A stretch of 62,325 bases of DNA, filler included. It is 6 parts of 6 records of this genome, joined end to end, with 100 filler letters (N's around TTAATTAATTAA, not from the genome) between each part and the next. Parts side by side here need not be neighbours in the genome. Positions count along the whole stretch, not along the records: positions 55,817 to 62,325 come from SRR31147125_5753; 5 more parts are not named here. One strand, written 5' to 3'. Below the pieces are notes generated by a model. The model did not search any database, was not told the origin of the DNA, and worked only from the letters and a program-made list of their open reading frames with translations. Made by a program: the position numbers and the translations under genes. How positions within the stretch are numbered: position 1 is the first letter of the stretch; the number at the start of each line of letters is the position of its first letter. Positions 60,214-62,325 of the stretch are shown here, in pieces.

Positions 60214-62298
60214 ATGACTAATAAACTAATCTATTTTTTGATGTTTTTTGTTTTGTTTTCATGCAAACAAGTAGCACCACCTGAACCTGTTCTGCCAATT
60301 CCTTCCGAAAGACAACTGGCTTGGCACGAAATGGAATTTTATGCTTTTGTTCATTTTAATATGAATACCTTTTCTGATATGGAATGGGGAATGGGCGATG
60401 AAAAGCCTGAATTGTTCAATCCTACAGAACTTGACTGCCGGCAATGGGCACGTGTGTGTAAAGAGGCTGGTATGAAAGGAATTATCTTAACTGCAAAACA
60501 TCATGATGGCTTTTGTTTATGGCCATCGAAATATACCGAGCATTCTGTGAAAAATTCGCCTTGGAAAAACGGGAATGGCGATGTGGTTAAAGAATTAGCC
60601 GACGCTTGTAAAGAATATGGACTGAAACTCGGTATTTATCTCTCTCCATGGGATCGTAATCATGCCGATTATGGTAATGAAAAATACATCGAATATTTTC
60701 GTAATCAACTGCGCGAATTACTAACCAACTACGGTGAGGTTTTCGAAGTTTGGTTCGATGGAGCAAATGGCGGAACCGGTTATTATGGTGGTGCTAACGA
60801 AGAACGGCGTGTAGATAAACTTACCTATTACGATTGGGAGAATACCTATAAAATAATTCGCGAATTGCAGCCACAGGCAGTTATTTTTTCTGATGCTGGT
60901 CCTGACGTAAGGTGGGTGGGGAACGAGCATGGGTTTGCATATCCAACAACTTGGTCGAATCTACTTCGGGATGAGATTTATGGAGGAATGCCGGAATATT
61001 CAAAAAAATACAGCAAAGGGCAGGAGGATGGAACTCACTGGGTGCCTGCCGAAGCCGATGTTTCAATTCGCCCGGGGTGGTATTATCATAAATACGAAGA
61101 TCACAAAGTGAAAACGCTACCACATTTATTGGATATATATTATAATAGTATTGGACGGAATGCTTCGCTATTGATTAATTTTCCGGTTGATACACGCGGC
61201 TTGATTCACGAAAAAGATGTGGAGCAGATCATGAAATTGGCTGATGCAGTTAAAGCCGACTTTGCAAATAATCTCGCTGAGGATAAAAAGGCAGTGGCTA
61301 CCAATGTTCGTGGTAATTCGAAAAAATACAAAGCCTCAAATGTTACCGATTCAAATCCTGAAACTTCATGGGCTACTGATGATAATGTTATAAATTCTTC
61401 AATTACAATAGATTTAGGCGAAGCTACCGAGTTTAATCGTTTTCTTATTCGGGAAGATATTCGTTTAGGTCAGCGCGTTAAAGAATTTACAGTGGAAGCT
61501 TTCGTTAATGAAAGATGGGAACAGATCGCTTCTGAAACAACAATTGGCAGGAAACGAATTTTACGCCTTCCTGAAACTGTTGCAACGAAAATTCGACTGA
61601 ACATTCTCGATGCTAAAGCTTGTCCCGTTATTTCGGATGTTGAAATTTATCTTGCACCTAAACTTATTATTGAGCCCGAGATTCGCAGAAACAAAGAAGG
61701 TCTGGTATCGATAAATGTGTTCGATAATGGCTTAGATATTTATTACACACTTGATGGAACAGCTCCTTCCGCAAACTCAAGCAAATATTCGGAACCATTT
61801 ATGTTGAATAAGAAAGCAACTGTAAACGCTGTAGTGGTTGATGCGAAAGAAAATAAAACAAGCCCTGTTTCTTCTGCTGTTTTCGATATTGCAAAAACAA
61901 AATGGGCAATGGGTGGAGAGTTTAAGAAAGAAGCAGATGCCGAACAAATATTCGACGGGGCTCCTGAAACAGCGTGGTCCTTTAAAACGAAAAGTCCTGT
62001 TGATTATATTATAGACTTGGGTGAATCATTAAATATTGCCGGTTTTAAATATCTGCCCGACCAGGGAAGATGGAGTCCCGGGATTATTTATAATTACGAA
62101 TTCTTTGTAAGCAAGGATGGTAAAAATTGGGGGAGCTCGGTTTCTAAAGGCGAATTTTCGAATATAAAAAACAGTCCAGTTTGGCAAACGAAAGAGTTTG
62201 ATGCAAAAGAAGGAAGTTATGTTAAATTAAGAGCTCTTTCTGCAGTAGATGAGAATGGTAGGGTTGGAATTGCTGAATTTGATGTAATCACGAAATAA
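60214..62298 (+). CDS. Alpha-L-fucosidase (GH29) lipoprotein with F5/8-type C and Fn3-associated domains
   Basis: TAKHHDGFCLW, YLSPWD, EVWFDGA, SIRPGW; lipobox LFSC. Confidence 0.93.
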   Translation: MTNKLIYFLMFFVLFSCKQVAPPEPVLPIPSERQLAWHEMEFYAFVHFNMNTFSDMEWGMGDEKPELFNPTELDCRQWARVCKEAGMKGIILTAKHHDGFCLWPSKYTEHSVKNSPWKNGNGDVVKELADACKEYGLKLGIYLSPWDRNHADYGNEKYIEYFRNQLRELLTNYGEVFEVWFDGANGGTGYYGGANEERRVDKLTYYDWENTYKIIRELQPQAVIFSDAGPDVRWVGNEHGFAYPTTWSNLLRDEIYGGMPEYSKKYSKGQEDGTHWVPAEADVSIRPGWYYHKYEDHKVKTLPHLLDIYYNSIGRNASLLINFPVDTRGLIHEKDVEQIMKLADAVKADFANNLAEDKKAVATNVRGNSKKYKASNVTDSNPETSWATDDNVINSSITIDLGEATEFNRFLIREDIRLGQRVKEFTVEAFVNERWEQIASETTIGRKRILRLPETVATKIRLNILDAKACPVISDVEIYLAPKLIIEPEIRRNKEGLVSINVFDNGLDIYYTLDGTAPSANSSKYSEPFMLNKKATVNAVVVDAKENKTSPVSSAVFDIAKTKWAMGGEFKKEADAEQIFDGAPETAWSFKTKSPVDYIIDLGESLNIAGFKYLPDQGRWSPGIIYNYEFFVSKDGKNWGSSVSKGEFSNIKNSPVWQTKEFDAKEGSYVKLRALSAVDENGRVGIAEFDVITK

Positions 62299-62325
62299 TT
62301 ATTTTTATCTTTCTGCTGAAAAAAA

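Noticed and set aside
1-62325. CRISPR arrays, transposases, prophage or defence genes
   Set aside because: No repeat-spacer array or recognisable protein motif seen by eye

Overview
This window is not one locus. It is six unrelated contigs joined by five identical 100-nt linkers (N44-TTAATTAATTAA-N44 at 14703-14802, 23241-23340, 30995-31094, 46170-46269, 55717-55816), so no synteny should be read across them; the taxon labels below are inferred from gene content and base composition. (1) 1-14702, Clostridia-like: an anaerobic catabolic cluster with two URO-D/MtaA-family methyltransferases, an unassigned glycyl radical enzyme with no activase in view, two LysR regulators, a cytoplasmic three-gene molybdoenzyme of the acetylene hydratase/catechol dehydroxylase group, a MerR regulator with visible operators, a cyclase, a flavin ene-reductase and an SLC13 permease. 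It is bordered on the left by a displaced tRNA 3' fragment that looks like an att site, and it is the best candidate for an undescribed system. (2) 14803-23240, Desulfobacterales-like: pyrogallol transhydroxylase-like molybdoenzyme (partial), TRAP transporter, USP, arylamine N-acetyltransferase, GT1 glycosyltransferase. (3) 23341-30994, AT-rich deltaproteobacterium-like: rplM/rpsI, a merR-nifU-nifS operon, ogt, two unknown genes behind a sigma54 promoter, comEC. (4) 31095-46169, Desulfuromonadales-like: PAS kinase, GGDEF/HDOD/pentapeptide-channel genes, U32 protein, DsbC, TRAP with two DctP, AlaX. (5) 46270-55716, spore-forming Clostridia: NlpC/P60, CapA, ireB-ruvX, a Spo0A paralogue lacking the phospho-Asp, SASP, fhs. 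(6) 55817-62325, Bacteroidota: large adhesin (partial) and GH29 fucosidase. About ten genes carry single-base deletions, mostly in homopolymer runs; these are most likely long-read consensus errors and they hide the true starts of several genes.
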